Below are positions 10,014-19,384 of a DNA stretch of 32,000 nt, in pieces. Location of the stretch: NCBI GenBank assembly GCA_000166095.1, contig CP002278.1, forward strand, positions 870,001-902,000, given 5' to 3'. Numbering within the stretch: position 1 is the stretch's first letter; each line of letters opens with the position of its first letter. Below the pieces are notes generated by a model. The model did no database searches. It was not told the DNA's origin and saw only the letters and a list, made by a program, of their open reading frames with translations. The translations under genes were made by a program, and so were the position numbers. The stretch is from Methanothermus fervidus DSM 2088. Its GTDB lineage: Archaea > Methanobacteriota > Methanobacteria > DSM-2088 > Methanothermaceae.

Positions 10014-11189
10014 ATGGTTGTAGTTATTGGATCGGGGGCAGGCGGTGCAACTGTAGCTAGAGAATTATCAAAAGCAGGAATAGATGTCAAAATATTGGAA
10101 AAAGGACCATATATTTCACCAAAGGAAGCATATAAATGTTATGAGAAGGATGATAAAGTTTTAAGGACTTCTTGTGTAGGTGGAACAACATTAGTATCAA
10201 TGGGAAATGCTCTAAGGACTTTAGAAGATGAACTTCTCAAATATGGTATAGATTTATCAAATGAATTTAGAGAACTTGAAAAAGAATTATCTATTTCACC
10301 ACTTCCAGATTCTCATTTTGGTAAAGGTACAAAAATGCTTATGGATGCTGCTAAATCTTTAAATCTTCCTGTTAAAAAAATGCCAAAATTTATAGACCCA
10401 AACAAATGTGAACCATGTGGCAAATGTCCATTTGGTTGTCCAAAAGATGCAAAATGGACATCTTTGAATTATATAAATGAATCTTTGAAATATGGGGCAA
10501 AGTTATATTCTAATACTGTAGTTAAAAAAATACTTGTTAAAAATGATGAAGTTTGCGGTGTATTAACAAATAAAGGGAAAATAAAAGACAAAAATGTTGT
10601 TGTCGCTGCGGGCGCAATAGAAACTGCAAAATTACTTAAAAAAGTGGGTATAAAAGCTGGTGAAAAATTTTTTATGGATACTTTTATTACAGTTGGAGGT
10701 ATTCTCAAATCAATAAATTTTCATAAAGAAGTCCAAATGAACATGTTCATTGAGATGGATAAATACATTTTGTCTCCACATTTTTCAACATTGCTTAGAG
10801 ATAAGTTAAAATGTAAAAACAAGGATATAATCGGGATAATGGTCAAAATTAAGGATGACAGTTGTGGTAAAATTAAAAATAAAAAAATTATAAAGTATCA
10901 TACAGAGAATGACATAGAAGCATTATGCGATGGTAGTGTACTGGCTACATCATTACTTGAAAAAATTGGAGTATCTCCTAACACTATCGTATCAACAATT
11001 CCTCGAGGTGCTCATCCTGGAGGAACAGCCCCAATTGGAGAAGTAGTAGACAACAACCTCCAGACTAAAATTTCAGGTTTATATGTTGCTGATGCAAGTG
11101 TATTACCTGAATCTCCTGGTGCACCGCCTATTTTAACTATAATGGCCCTTGCAAAACGGCTTTCTAAATATTTATTGAATTCATTATGA
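10014..11189 (+). CDS. FAD-dependent GMC-type oxidoreductase with an internal cysteine cluster
   Basis: VVVIGSGAGGATVARELSKAG dinucleotide-binding motif; CEPCGKCPFGCPKDAKW; C-terminal HPGGTAPIGEVVD...GLYVADASVLPESPGAPPILTIMALAKR. Confidence 0.85.
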   Translation: MVVVIGSGAGGATVARELSKAGIDVKILEKGPYISPKEAYKCYEKDDKVLRTSCVGGTTLVSMGNALRTLEDELLKYGIDLSNEFRELEKELSISPLPDSHFGKGTKMLMDAAKSLNLPVKKMPKFIDPNKCEPCGKCPFGCPKDAKWTSLNYINESLKYGAKLYSNTVVKKILVKNDEVCGVLTNKGKIKDKNVVVAAGAIETAKLLKKVGIKAGEKFFMDTFITVGGILKSINFHKEVQMNMFIEMDKYILSPHFSTLLRDKLKCKNKDIIGIMVKIKDDSCGKIKNKKIIKYHTENDIEALCDGSVLATSLLEKIGVSPNTIVSTIPRGAHPGGTAPIGEVVDNNLQTKISGLYVADASVLPESPGAPPILTIMALAKRLSKYLLNSL

Positions 11190-11258
11190 TGAATCTCTAA
11201 TTCTAAATAATTTTTAATAAAAGTAAAGTAAGTTTGATATCCACGATAAAAACCGAAA

Positions 11259-11268
11259 AATATATATA
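11259..11268 (+). promoter_or_regulatory. Candidate TATA box for the 11.3 kb secreted protein gene
   Basis: ccgAAAAATATATATAG, BRE/TATA-like, about 80 nt upstream of the candidate ATT start. Confidence 0.5.
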
Positions 11269-11367
11269 GGGACGAATTCTGGATATTTTGGAGTGTTTAG
11301 ACCCTGAAAGAACAATTAAAAAAGAAAAAGAGGAGGAAGTTATATTAAGCGAAAATCGCCGTATAGT

Positions 11368-12255
11368 GTGCCGCTTGCACTTATATTGGCATTAGTATGT
11401 GTAAGTGGCGCACATGCTATAGATGATACAAACATGACAAAAACGCCAAAAGATGTTGGTAATTTATTTTTAAATGACAAAAATTCTAAAATAAATAGTG
11501 TTTTGGATGGAGCATCTAAAGCCTATGATTTTATAAATGAAAAAAACAGTGTTCCAGATTGTTTAGAAACTTCTGATGGTGAAACTGTTAAAAAACCACA
11601 ATTTATACATCTAATGGCAAAAACAATACTCTATTTAGACGATCCAACACAAAATGAAATTGTGGAAAATGACTTCAACAACAATATAAAACCAGCTTCC
11701 ACACCTTATTATGGTACTAGTTATTGTGAACTTAAAAAAACTGAATATCTAGATATAGCAAAGAGACTTGTGAATTTTGTTGAGAAGAACAAAAGGTTGC
11801 CAAACTATGTTAGTACCAAATCAGGGAAAATAGGATGTGATCTATTATTTCCAGTCTTTTCAAATGTATTGACCACATACAAAAATACAGGAGAATTGCC
11901 AGAAAATATAAAAATTTGTTTAGCAGATAAATATCAGGTTATTGGTCAAATAATGATGAAAGCAGCAAAATACAGATACATTAGTGGAATTAGCACTCTT
12001 GAAGAGTTTTTAAGGGCAGGTGGAGGCGACTGCTGGGCTATGAGTGAATATTTATTTAATGAACTTACAAAAGCTGGAATAAAGGCTAGAATAATTCAAT
12101 ATGCAACTGCTTATGCGCCAAACCACAGAACTGTACAATATTTCAAAGATGGACGGTGGATTGACCTCCCATACAGAAGTTACCCAATAAATATGCTGTT
12201 TTGGAATACCTACAGTAAGCCATGCATGTGTGTAATAAAAGTAAACAACTGCTAA
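11368..12255 (+). CDS. Secreted pseudomurein-binding-repeat protein with a transglutaminase/C71-like cysteine peptidase domain
   Basis: Signal peptide core PLALILALVCVSGAHA; two PMBR-like segments (VLDGASKAYDFINEKNSVPDCLET..KPQFIHLMAKTILYL and TEYLDIAKRLVNFVEKNKRLPNYVS..LLFPVFSNVLTTYKNTGELP); catalytic-like GGGDCWAMSEYLFNEL, APNHRTVQY, WIDLPY. The true start may be at 11344 (ATT). Confidence 0.8.
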   Translation: MPLALILALVCVSGAHAIDDTNMTKTPKDVGNLFLNDKNSKINSVLDGASKAYDFINEKNSVPDCLETSDGETVKKPQFIHLMAKTILYLDDPTQNEIVENDFNNNIKPASTPYYGTSYCELKKTEYLDIAKRLVNFVEKNKRLPNYVSTKSGKIGCDLLFPVFSNVLTTYKNTGELPENIKICLADKYQVIGQIMMKAAKYRYISGISTLEEFLRAGGGDCWAMSEYLFNELTKAGIKARIIQYATAYAPNHRTVQYFKDGRWIDLPYRSYPINMLFWNTYSKPCMCVIKVNNC

Positions 12256-12493
12256 TTTCCCCCTCTTTTTATTTTTTAACTATTTACCATGTATCAGCAT
12301 TGATGGATTTTTAACAATCATTGTTCCAGATATTTAAATGGGATATCCACCAAGGATTATTGTTTTTGTTTCATTTGGCTTTAGAGTTATTGTTAATTCC
12401 TTATACCTGACTTTAATTCCATTAACCGGATTTGTGATGTAATATTTTTTATGCATTAATCTCTATAAGTTTTCTCAAATATAAAAAAATTCT

Positions 12494-13612
12494 ATGAAAC
12501 TATTGATAGTTGGTATAAATACTAGGCCAATAGCTCATGCTGCCTATAATCTGGGTCATGAGGTATATTCTGTCAGCTATTATTGTCCTATAGATTTCAA
12601 AGCTTACAAAGATAGAAAATGCATTTTAAAGTATAAACCATTTAAATCCTGTGGAAAATTATCGGAACGTTTTAAAGAAAGATATTTAGAAGAAATGTCC
12701 AAAGAATGGATAGATAAAGTAGATTATATAATTCCATATACAGGTGCTCCTGTCAACAGCTACCCACAAAGAAAAATCTTAGGAAATAACAAAATAGAAA
12801 AAATAGAAAATAAATATAAATTGTATAAAATTCTTAGAAAACATTTTAACGTGCCAAAAACATATTTATTGTCGGATATTGATGAAGCTAAAGAAATAAT
12901 TAATAATCATCCAAATAAGAAATTCCTAATAAAACCTGTGAAAGGTTCTGGTGGTTATGGGATATTCCATGCCAACAATTTTTCAAATAATTTTGGCAAT
13001 AAAAAATTCTTATTACAAGAATACATAGATGGCGTTGACGTCAGTGCTTCTGTAATTAGTAATGGAAAAGAAGCTAAAACTATTTTTACGAGTAATCAAT
13101 TATTAAATTTAAATGTAGCAGGATGGGAAGGACATTTTATTTATGAAGGCAACATAGTGCCTTCAATTTATGAAAATGAAAAAATGAAAAATATTGCAGA
13201 AAATGTTATTAAAAAACTTTCGTTGGTGGGATCTAATGGTGTAGATATGGTAATGACACATGACAAAATTTATGTTATTGAAGTTAATCCCAGGTTGCAA
13301 GGAACATTTGAATGTGCAGAATTACTAGGTATAAATGTTCTTGATGCGCATATAAAGGCATGTAAGGAGGGTATCTTAATAGATAGGATGAATATTAATG
13401 AAATAGCCATTAAAAAAATAATATATGCTAAAAATAAATTATTTGTGAAAAATACTGATTTTCCAAAAAATGTTCATGATATTCCTGCTAAGAATGTCAT
13501 AATAGAAAAAGGAGAACCTGTTGTTACCATTCTTTCAAAGGCTAAAAAACTTAAGACCGCAGTTAATAAATTAAATAAAACTAAAGAAATAATAAACAAA
13601 AATTTAAAGTAA
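12494..13612 (+). CDS. ATP-grasp superfamily ligase
   Basis: FLIKPVKGSGGYGIFHANNF, LLQEYIDGVDVSASVISNGKE, VIEVNPRLQGTFE metal-binding motif. Confidence 0.8.
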   Translation: MKLLIVGINTRPIAHAAYNLGHEVYSVSYYCPIDFKAYKDRKCILKYKPFKSCGKLSERFKERYLEEMSKEWIDKVDYIIPYTGAPVNSYPQRKILGNNKIEKIENKYKLYKILRKHFNVPKTYLLSDIDEAKEIINNHPNKKFLIKPVKGSGGYGIFHANNFSNNFGNKKFLLQEYIDGVDVSASVISNGKEAKTIFTSNQLLNLNVAGWEGHFIYEGNIVPSIYENEKMKNIAENVIKKLSLVGSNGVDMVMTHDKIYVIEVNPRLQGTFECAELLGINVLDAHIKACKEGILIDRMNINEIAIKKIIYAKNKLFVKNTDFPKNVHDIPAKNVIIEKGEPVVTILSKAKKLKTAVNKLNKTKEIINKNLK

Positions 13613-13619
13613 GATTACT

Positions 13620-14048
13620 ATGCGAGATTTAGATAAATTAGGTAGGATCTTAAAAAAAGAAATATTGAGTCTTAATCGCCACGTGCCAAAACGTAGAAAA
13701 ACCTTAAAGGAATTACTTGAAGAAAAAAAGCCACATGTTATTGGTTTAAATGGGAAAAGACACAGATTCAAAAAAAATGAATTAAAGCTTATTGCTTCTA
13801 TTTTATCTCCTGAGGAATATGAAAAGATCAAACTTCCAATATATCTTGAAATGGGTACATCAACATCGGGGATAAGGATTAGAGGGAAATTAGAGTCCCG
13901 TGTCATATTATATGTACTTGGCAAAGAAAAAGAGATAGATGAACTTAAGAATAAAAATGAAATCTACATATATAAACCAGAGCTTAGAATTGTAAGACAA
14001 AAACTTCCAACCACTACACAATACATCTTTGTAACAAAAGGTGTTTAA
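13620..14048 (+). CDS. UPF0216 (DUF61) family protein
   Basis: LNRHVPKRRKTLKELLEEKKPHVIGLNGKRHRFKKNEL...IRGKLESRVILYVLGKE. Confidence 0.8.
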   Translation: MRDLDKLGRILKKEILSLNRHVPKRRKTLKELLEEKKPHVIGLNGKRHRFKKNELKLIASILSPEEYEKIKLPIYLEMGTSTSGIRIRGKLESRVILYVLGKEKEIDELKNKNEIYIYKPELRIVRQKLPTTTQYIFVTKGV

Positions 14049-14049
14049 A

Positions 14050-14205
14050 ATGTATAAAGATCCATTGACTGAACTTTTAGAGGATCCTGATAAAAGAGCT
14101 AAGCTATCCGTAATATTTGTTGGATTAGTAATTCTTTCCACAGTAATGATTGTTTCGGGCATGATTATTTTTATATACCTGTTACTTAAGAAATATGGTT
14201 ACTAG
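14050..14205 (+). CDS. Small single-pass membrane protein, 51 aa (not in the supplied ORF track)
   Basis: My translation: MYKDPLTELLEDPDKRAKLSVIFVGLVILSTVMIVSGMIIFIYLLLKKYGY*. Packed between two same-strand CDSs, with one TM helix. Confidence 0.65.
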   Translation: MYKDPLTELLEDPDKRAKLSVIFVGLVILSTVMIVSGMIIFIYLLLKKYGY

Positions 14206-14214
14206 GTGATAAAA

Positions 14215-15375
14215 ATGAAAAAGATAATTGCATTTGTAATTTTAATTATTGCTGGATCACTATTAGCATTTAGTTTTTTTACCAGTAAAAATACGAGTAA
14301 ATCATTATTTGAAGATATAGAAACAGATCCTGCACATGCTTCATACATAATTTTAGGTGCCTCTTACATAAAAGTTCCAAAAGGCGCAACAGTTGTTACA
14401 CAAGTTGATAGGGTGATAAGAGATAAATCATCAAGATACAATGTCAATGTTCCACCAAATCACATTCCAAAATCTCCTAAAGAACTTGTACCTTGGATGG
14501 AAGGAGCAAGAGTTGCAGAATTAATGAAATATGCTAATGTTAAAGTTATACCAGCCACTGGTGTAGTTATTAAGAAAATTAATGGAACATGGTATGGACC
14601 AGATGAAAAAGGAAATTATATATTTGAAGTAGATCCAAGTAAAGCAGGCCCGCCATTTTCCAAGAAAATAAATGAAAACACAGCAATAGAAATTGACACT
14701 CATGGTATGAACGTCATGGTACCCACTGCCATAAAAGAGCATGCATTTTTAGTTATTGCATGTGGAGATTTGATTGGTAAAGCCAAAGCAGAGATGTACA
14801 TGGCAAAAAGAGGTATAAATTGTTATGCAGTATGTGATAGATATACACCTTATTGTTTAGGTTATCAAGGGCCAGGTGTCATTCTTGGTGGTGCCCCTAT
14901 AAGACCTATTAAAGAAGGAGCAATCATAGGTGCTCAACCAGTATATATAAACACCAAAGAATTAATAGTGGCACAAACAACTCATGTAGCTTACCCATAC
15001 CAATACTGTGATACTCCAGCAAGATTTTTCAACATGTTACAAAAGAAATATGGAATAAAATTAAATGTAAAGATTGTAGATTCAACAAATGCTGTGAAAG
15101 TCGTTGAAGAAGCAGAAAAAACAGGTGCAAATGTTATTGGTGTCAGAGTTGTTACATATCAAGATAAAAAGGCTGTTGAAAAATGGCTGAAAGAAAATCC
15201 TAACCATAGGGCAATATTGTTCCACTCTGCAGCATATGAACCTGGGTACAAATTATTCTTTGAGTTTCCACAACAAGTCACTGGTCAGGATCCAAGACCA
15301 ATATTTGTAAAAGACATCCCAATTGAAGAATTACAGAAAAAATTGGAAGAGATAAGAAAACTATGGACAACATAA
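14215..15375 (+). CDS. Conserved methanogen protein of unknown function with an N-terminal TM/signal helix
   Basis: Long ORF; MKKIIAFVILIIAGSLLAFSFF anchor. ATG at 14215 is a better start than GTG 14206. Confidence 0.75.
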   Translation: MKKIIAFVILIIAGSLLAFSFFTSKNTSKSLFEDIETDPAHASYIILGASYIKVPKGATVVTQVDRVIRDKSSRYNVNVPPNHIPKSPKELVPWMEGARVAELMKYANVKVIPATGVVIKKINGTWYGPDEKGNYIFEVDPSKAGPPFSKKINENTAIEIDTHGMNVMVPTAIKEHAFLVIACGDLIGKAKAEMYMAKRGINCYAVCDRYTPYCLGYQGPGVILGGAPIRPIKEGAIIGAQPVYINTKELIVAQTTHVAYPYQYCDTPARFFNMLQKKYGIKLNVKIVDSTNAVKVVEEAEKTGANVIGVRVVTYQDKKAVEKWLKENPNHRAILFHSAAYEPGYKLFFEFPQQVTGQDPRPIFVKDIPIEELQKKLEEIRKLWTT

Positions 15376-15403
15376 CTTTTTGCCAATGTTGGATGGATAA
15401 TCC

Positions 15404-16417
15404 ATGCGTGTCATGATAATTTCAATAACAGAACAAGGGGAAAAAATAGCAGACAAGATATATAATAAATTTAAAAATGATCCCAGAGTTATCAAAGTAA
15501 GCAAATTCCACAAAAACGTCAAATCAGTGCTAAAAAAATATTTTAAAGAATATGATGTAATTATAGGAATAATGGCAACTGGAATCATGGTAAGAAGTAT
15601 TGTAAACCTTTTGTCAAAAAAATATAAAGATCCTGGTGTAATAGTTATAGATGATGCAGGTAAAAATGTTATAAGTCTTTTATCTGGACATTTAGGCGGT
15701 GCAAACGAATTAACAAAAGAAATAGCAGAAATAATAAATGCAAATCCAGTTATAACGACGTCTACCGATGTACATGGATTTGTTGGGATAGATTCTTTAG
15801 CAAAAAAATATTATTGGAAAATATTAAATCCAGAACTAATAGTTGAGTTTAATAGTGCAATTCTAAAAAATAAAACTATTAAATTATTATCTCGAAAAAA
15901 TTTAAGATATATATTTAAAAATCCTAAAATTAGTAGATCATATTCATGGGAAATGGCAGATGTAGATGGAATACAGGCAATTTTAAATAATAAAAAATTA
16001 AAAATGGTTCCTCTCAACTTAGTTATTGGAATAGGAACAAAGAAAAATATTGAAAAAAGAAAAGTAATAGAAGCAATAAATGATGCAGTTGAGATATTAA
16101 AAATTGATATTAAAAGAATAGACGCATTGGCCACTGGAGAAATGAAAAAAAATGAAGTTGGACTGCTGGACACTGCAAAAGAATTAAATTTACCTCTTTT
16201 ACTTGTTAAAAAAGAAGAATTAAAAAATAAAAATTACCCATCTGACTCAAAATTTGTAAGAAAAAAATTTGGCATTGGTAGTGTATGTGAGCCTGCTGCT
16301 CTTCATGTCGCTGGAAAAAACTCACAACTTATTTTAAGAAAAATTACAAGAGATGGCGTAGCTGTTGCTGCAGCAGTAGGAGAAGGAAACTTGAAAGGAA
16401 ATAAGGTGACATCATGA
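15404..16417 (+). CDS. cbiG: Cobalt-precorrin 5A hydrolase (CbiG)
   Basis: IIGIMATGIMVRSI, PGVIVIDDAGKNVISLLSGHLGGANELT, C-terminal GIGTKKNIEKRKV...FGIGSVCEPAALHVAG. Confidence 0.92.
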   Translation: MRVMIISITEQGEKIADKIYNKFKNDPRVIKVSKFHKNVKSVLKKYFKEYDVIIGIMATGIMVRSIVNLLSKKYKDPGVIVIDDAGKNVISLLSGHLGGANELTKEIAEIINANPVITTSTDVHGFVGIDSLAKKYYWKILNPELIVEFNSAILKNKTIKLLSRKNLRYIFKNPKISRSYSWEMADVDGIQAILNNKKLKMVPLNLVIGIGTKKNIEKRKVIEAINDAVEILKIDIKRIDALATGEMKKNEVGLLDTAKELNLPLLLVKKEELKNKNYPSDSKFVRKKFGIGSVCEPAALHVAGKNSQLILRKITRDGVAVAAAVGEGNLKGNKVTS

Positions 16418-16965
16418 TGAAGAAAATTGTAAAGTATGCACACTATTTACATAGGAAGGGTTTTACTGCTGGCAATGCTGGAAACATAAGTGTCTTATAT
16501 AGAAATAAAATTATGGATGTTGTTGCCATTACATCTAGTGGTTCATGCTTAGGAACAATTAGTGAAGATGAAATTGTATTGTTAGATCTTGATGGGAATG
16601 TGATATCTGGCAAAAAACCTTCATCTGAACTACATTTACATATGAACCTTTATAAAATAAGGGATGATATAAATGCTATAGTTCATACTCATCCTCCTTA
16701 TACAGTAGCACTAACAATGAAAGATATTAGAATCGAAAGACCAGAAGGTGTTCCTGGAAATAAAAAATTTTTAGAAGAAATTCCATATTATAGACCTGGG
16801 AGTATTGAGTTGGCAAATGCATGTTCAAAAAAATTAAAAAAAGAAAAAATTTTAGTATTGAAGAAGCATGGTTTAGTTACATGCGGATCTTCACTAGAAG
16901 AAGCTGTGAATTTAACAGAATTAGTAGAAAATGCGGCTAAAATAACTTATATATCATCTCAATAG
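16414..16965 (+). CDS. Class II aldolase / L-fuculose-phosphate aldolase family
   Basis: GFTAGNAGNISV, THPPYTVAL, LKKHGLVTCGSSLEEAVNLTELVE; 4-nt overlap with cbiG. Confidence 0.9.
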   Translation: MMKKIVKYAHYLHRKGFTAGNAGNISVLYRNKIMDVVAITSSGSCLGTISEDEIVLLDLDGNVISGKKPSSELHLHMNLYKIRDDINAIVHTHPPYTVALTMKDIRIERPEGVPGNKKFLEEIPYYRPGSIELANACSKKLKKEKILVLKKHGLVTCGSSLEEAVNLTELVENAAKITYISSQ

Positions 16966-16966
16966 T

Positions 16967-19171
16967 TTATTCTTCAAATTTAGAATCTGTAACTTCCTTA
17001 ATATCCTTTGCAATTTTTTCTCCAATACCTTCTACCTTCATCAGTTCTTTCTCAGATGCATTTATAACATTTTTAACAGATCCAAACTTTCTGAGTAATT
17101 TTTTTGCATTTACAGCTCCTATATGTGGAAGTGATTCTATAACGTAAAGTTGTTTTTCTCTTAAAGTTAATGGCTTCCTTTCCGTACGTATTGGGATTTC
17201 TCTTTTTTCATGAAGTTGCTCACGAACAGCGATACGGTATATAATAGCTGCTGTGTCTTCAGGAGATTGGCTAGGAATTATAGGAATATTAAAATCTAGA
17301 GCTATTGATGCAAGAGCTCCTCTTATTGCATTTGGGTTCATAAACCTGGAATACAAATTTTTACCTTCTAATATTAAAACTGGCCTTGTAAATTCTTCTG
17401 TAAGTCGTTCAGCTTGTTTATATAATCTTTTATCAATTATTGAATTTATGAAATCATCTACAGTTTTTCTTTCAATTCCTACTTCATCGCTTACCTGATA
17501 ATCAGCTACTGCAAGTGATCTAATTTTAATTTTAGCATTTAATTTTGTTAGTTCTCTTAATACTCCTGAATTATATTCCCTAGAATCAGCATAAATGACA
17601 ACTTCTTTTTTATTTTTATGTTTTCTTTCTTTTCTAAATTTTACATGAATAGGTCTTTTTAGTTGTTTCTTCATTTTGTTTTCTTTTCTTATACTTGACC
17701 AGTAATAAGCTTCATCCCTTGTACCTTCTGAAATTAATACAATCATTTTACCTTTTCTTTTTCTTCCAGTCCTTCCTCTTCTTTGAATCATTCTAATCTC
17801 TGATGGAACTGGTTCATAAAGTATTACGGTGTCTACAGCAGGTATGTCTATACCTTCTTCAGCAACGCTTGTGGATATCAATACGTCGTATACTCCTGCC
17901 TTAAATTTTTTTATTATTTCTTTTTGTTCTTTTTGGGATAATCCTTTCTCACCATCTCTACCTCTTTGCCCATAAAACTTAACAGAGGATATGTTATTTT
18001 CTTGACATTTTTTATGGATTTGTTCTACACTATCTCTAAATTGTGTGAAGACAATCACTTTATTTTTGTTTGCGATTTCTTTTTTGAGAATTTTAATTAA
18101 TTCATTTAATTTTGGATGTTCTTGATTTCTCATAAATCTTCTTTCTACCAAAGAAATAGCTTTCCTAAAATATATGTCTTTCACCAACGATCTAGATGCT
18201 TTAGTTTGTTTTTTCTTTAACCTTTCTAAATACTTGTATAATGCATTTATAGTTTGTGTTTCTAGTAGTTCTAATGCATGTTCAATATTTATGGATGCAA
18301 CTAGAAGAGATATTGCAGTGTATAATTTCCTTGAAGAGTCTATTGTAAGCATTTTTTTAAGTTCCTTTCTAGCATCTAATAAATCTTTTTTTGTAACATT
18401 TTCATTTTTTATAATATCCATTCTTTTCAATAGTTTTAGACGACGTTTTAAAGACTTTTCCATGAGTTTTTTAATTCTTATTAATTCATCATCTAGCTTA
18501 ACTTTAACCCATTTAGTTTCTATTGGATTGAAATAAGGTGAAACATCTTTATCTTTTTCAGTTTTTATGATAACGTCATCAATAGATAAATTTTTACATA
18601 CTTCATTTATTTTTTCTTTATCAGATCCTGGAGACGCTGTAAGTCCAATTATTAATGGATTCTCAGCATCTTCTAAATATTTTGAAGCTAAATAAACATA
18701 TGAATATGAACCAACAGCACGATGACATTCATCAAATACAACTAATGAAACATCCTTTAGTGAATAATTTCCCCTTATAAGATCAGACTCTATCGTTTGT
18801 GGTGTAGCACAAATTACTCTAGAATTTTCCCATAATTCCACACGTTTTTTTGGTGGTATGTCACCTGTTAAACAGGAGGTAGGTACTATCATAAACTCTT
18901 TAAATTTTTGATGATGTTGCAATGCTAATGGTTTGCTAGGGGCTAAAATAAGTACTCTAGAGTTTTTATATTTATGAAGACGTTCAGCAGCTACAAGTAT
19001 TGCTATCACAGTTTTACCTAAAGCTGTAGGTGCCACTATCATTGTGTTTTTATTATTTTTTAAAATTTTAGCAGCTATTATCTTTTGATATAATCTAGAT
19101 TCTATTTTATTTTCTTTAATGAGGGGATGGGATATATATTCCAGATCTACTACCCCCATACTTTTTTGCAA
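16967..19171 (-). CDS. hef: Hef helicase/nuclease (FANCM/XPF-like)
   Basis: APTALGKTVIAILVAAERL, DECHRA, Q..RRGRTGR; C-terminal ERCC4 nuclease VGIERKTVDDFINSIIDKRLYKQAERL; HhH tail PHIGAVNAKKLLRKFGSVKNVI. Confidence 0.95.
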   Translation of the reverse strand: MQKSMGVVDLEYISHPLIKENKIESRLYQKIIAAKILKNNKNTMIVAPTALGKTVIAILVAAERLHKYKNSRVLILAPSKPLALQHHQKFKEFMIVPTSCLTGDIPPKKRVELWENSRVICATPQTIESDLIRGNYSLKDVSLVVFDECHRAVGSYSYVYLASKYLEDAENPLIIGLTASPGSDKEKINEVCKNLSIDDVIIKTEKDKDVSPYFNPIETKWVKVKLDDELIRIKKLMEKSLKRRLKLLKRMDIIKNENVTKKDLLDARKELKKMLTIDSSRKLYTAISLLVASINIEHALELLETQTINALYKYLERLKKKQTKASRSLVKDIYFRKAISLVERRFMRNQEHPKLNELIKILKKEIANKNKVIVFTQFRDSVEQIHKKCQENNISSVKFYGQRGRDGEKGLSQKEQKEIIKKFKAGVYDVLISTSVAEEGIDIPAVDTVILYEPVPSEIRMIQRRGRTGRKRKGKMIVLISEGTRDEAYYWSSIRKENKMKKQLKRPIHVKFRKERKHKNKKEVVIYADSREYNSGVLRELTKLNAKIKIRSLAVADYQVSDEVGIERKTVDDFINSIIDKRLYKQAERLTEEFTRPVLILEGKNLYSRFMNPNAIRGALASIALDFNIPIIPSQSPEDTAAIIYRIAVREQLHEKREIPIRTERKPLTLREKQLYVIESLPHIGAVNAKKLLRKFGSVKNVINASEKELMKVEGIGEKIAKDIKEVTDSKFEE

Positions 19172-19384
19172 AATTTAACGATGATTAATTTTCATTGTGA
19201 AAGCAATTCACATTATAATTTTTCCATTTCAACTACATAAAGTTAAATTCTAAAATAAGACCAGTTATCTACATACTTCCCAATACATTGATGAAAAATA
19301 AAAATGTCGTTAAAGCCATAAACTTAAAATCATTTGGAATATACCTTATGATATAATGCTACAAATCTTTCTGATACCACACCA

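Noticed and set aside
7500-12460. C/D box sRNA candidates from isolated TGATGA/CTGA hits (for example near 7500, 11215 and 12435)
   Set aside because: Boxes occurred singly without correct C-D'-C'-D spacing.
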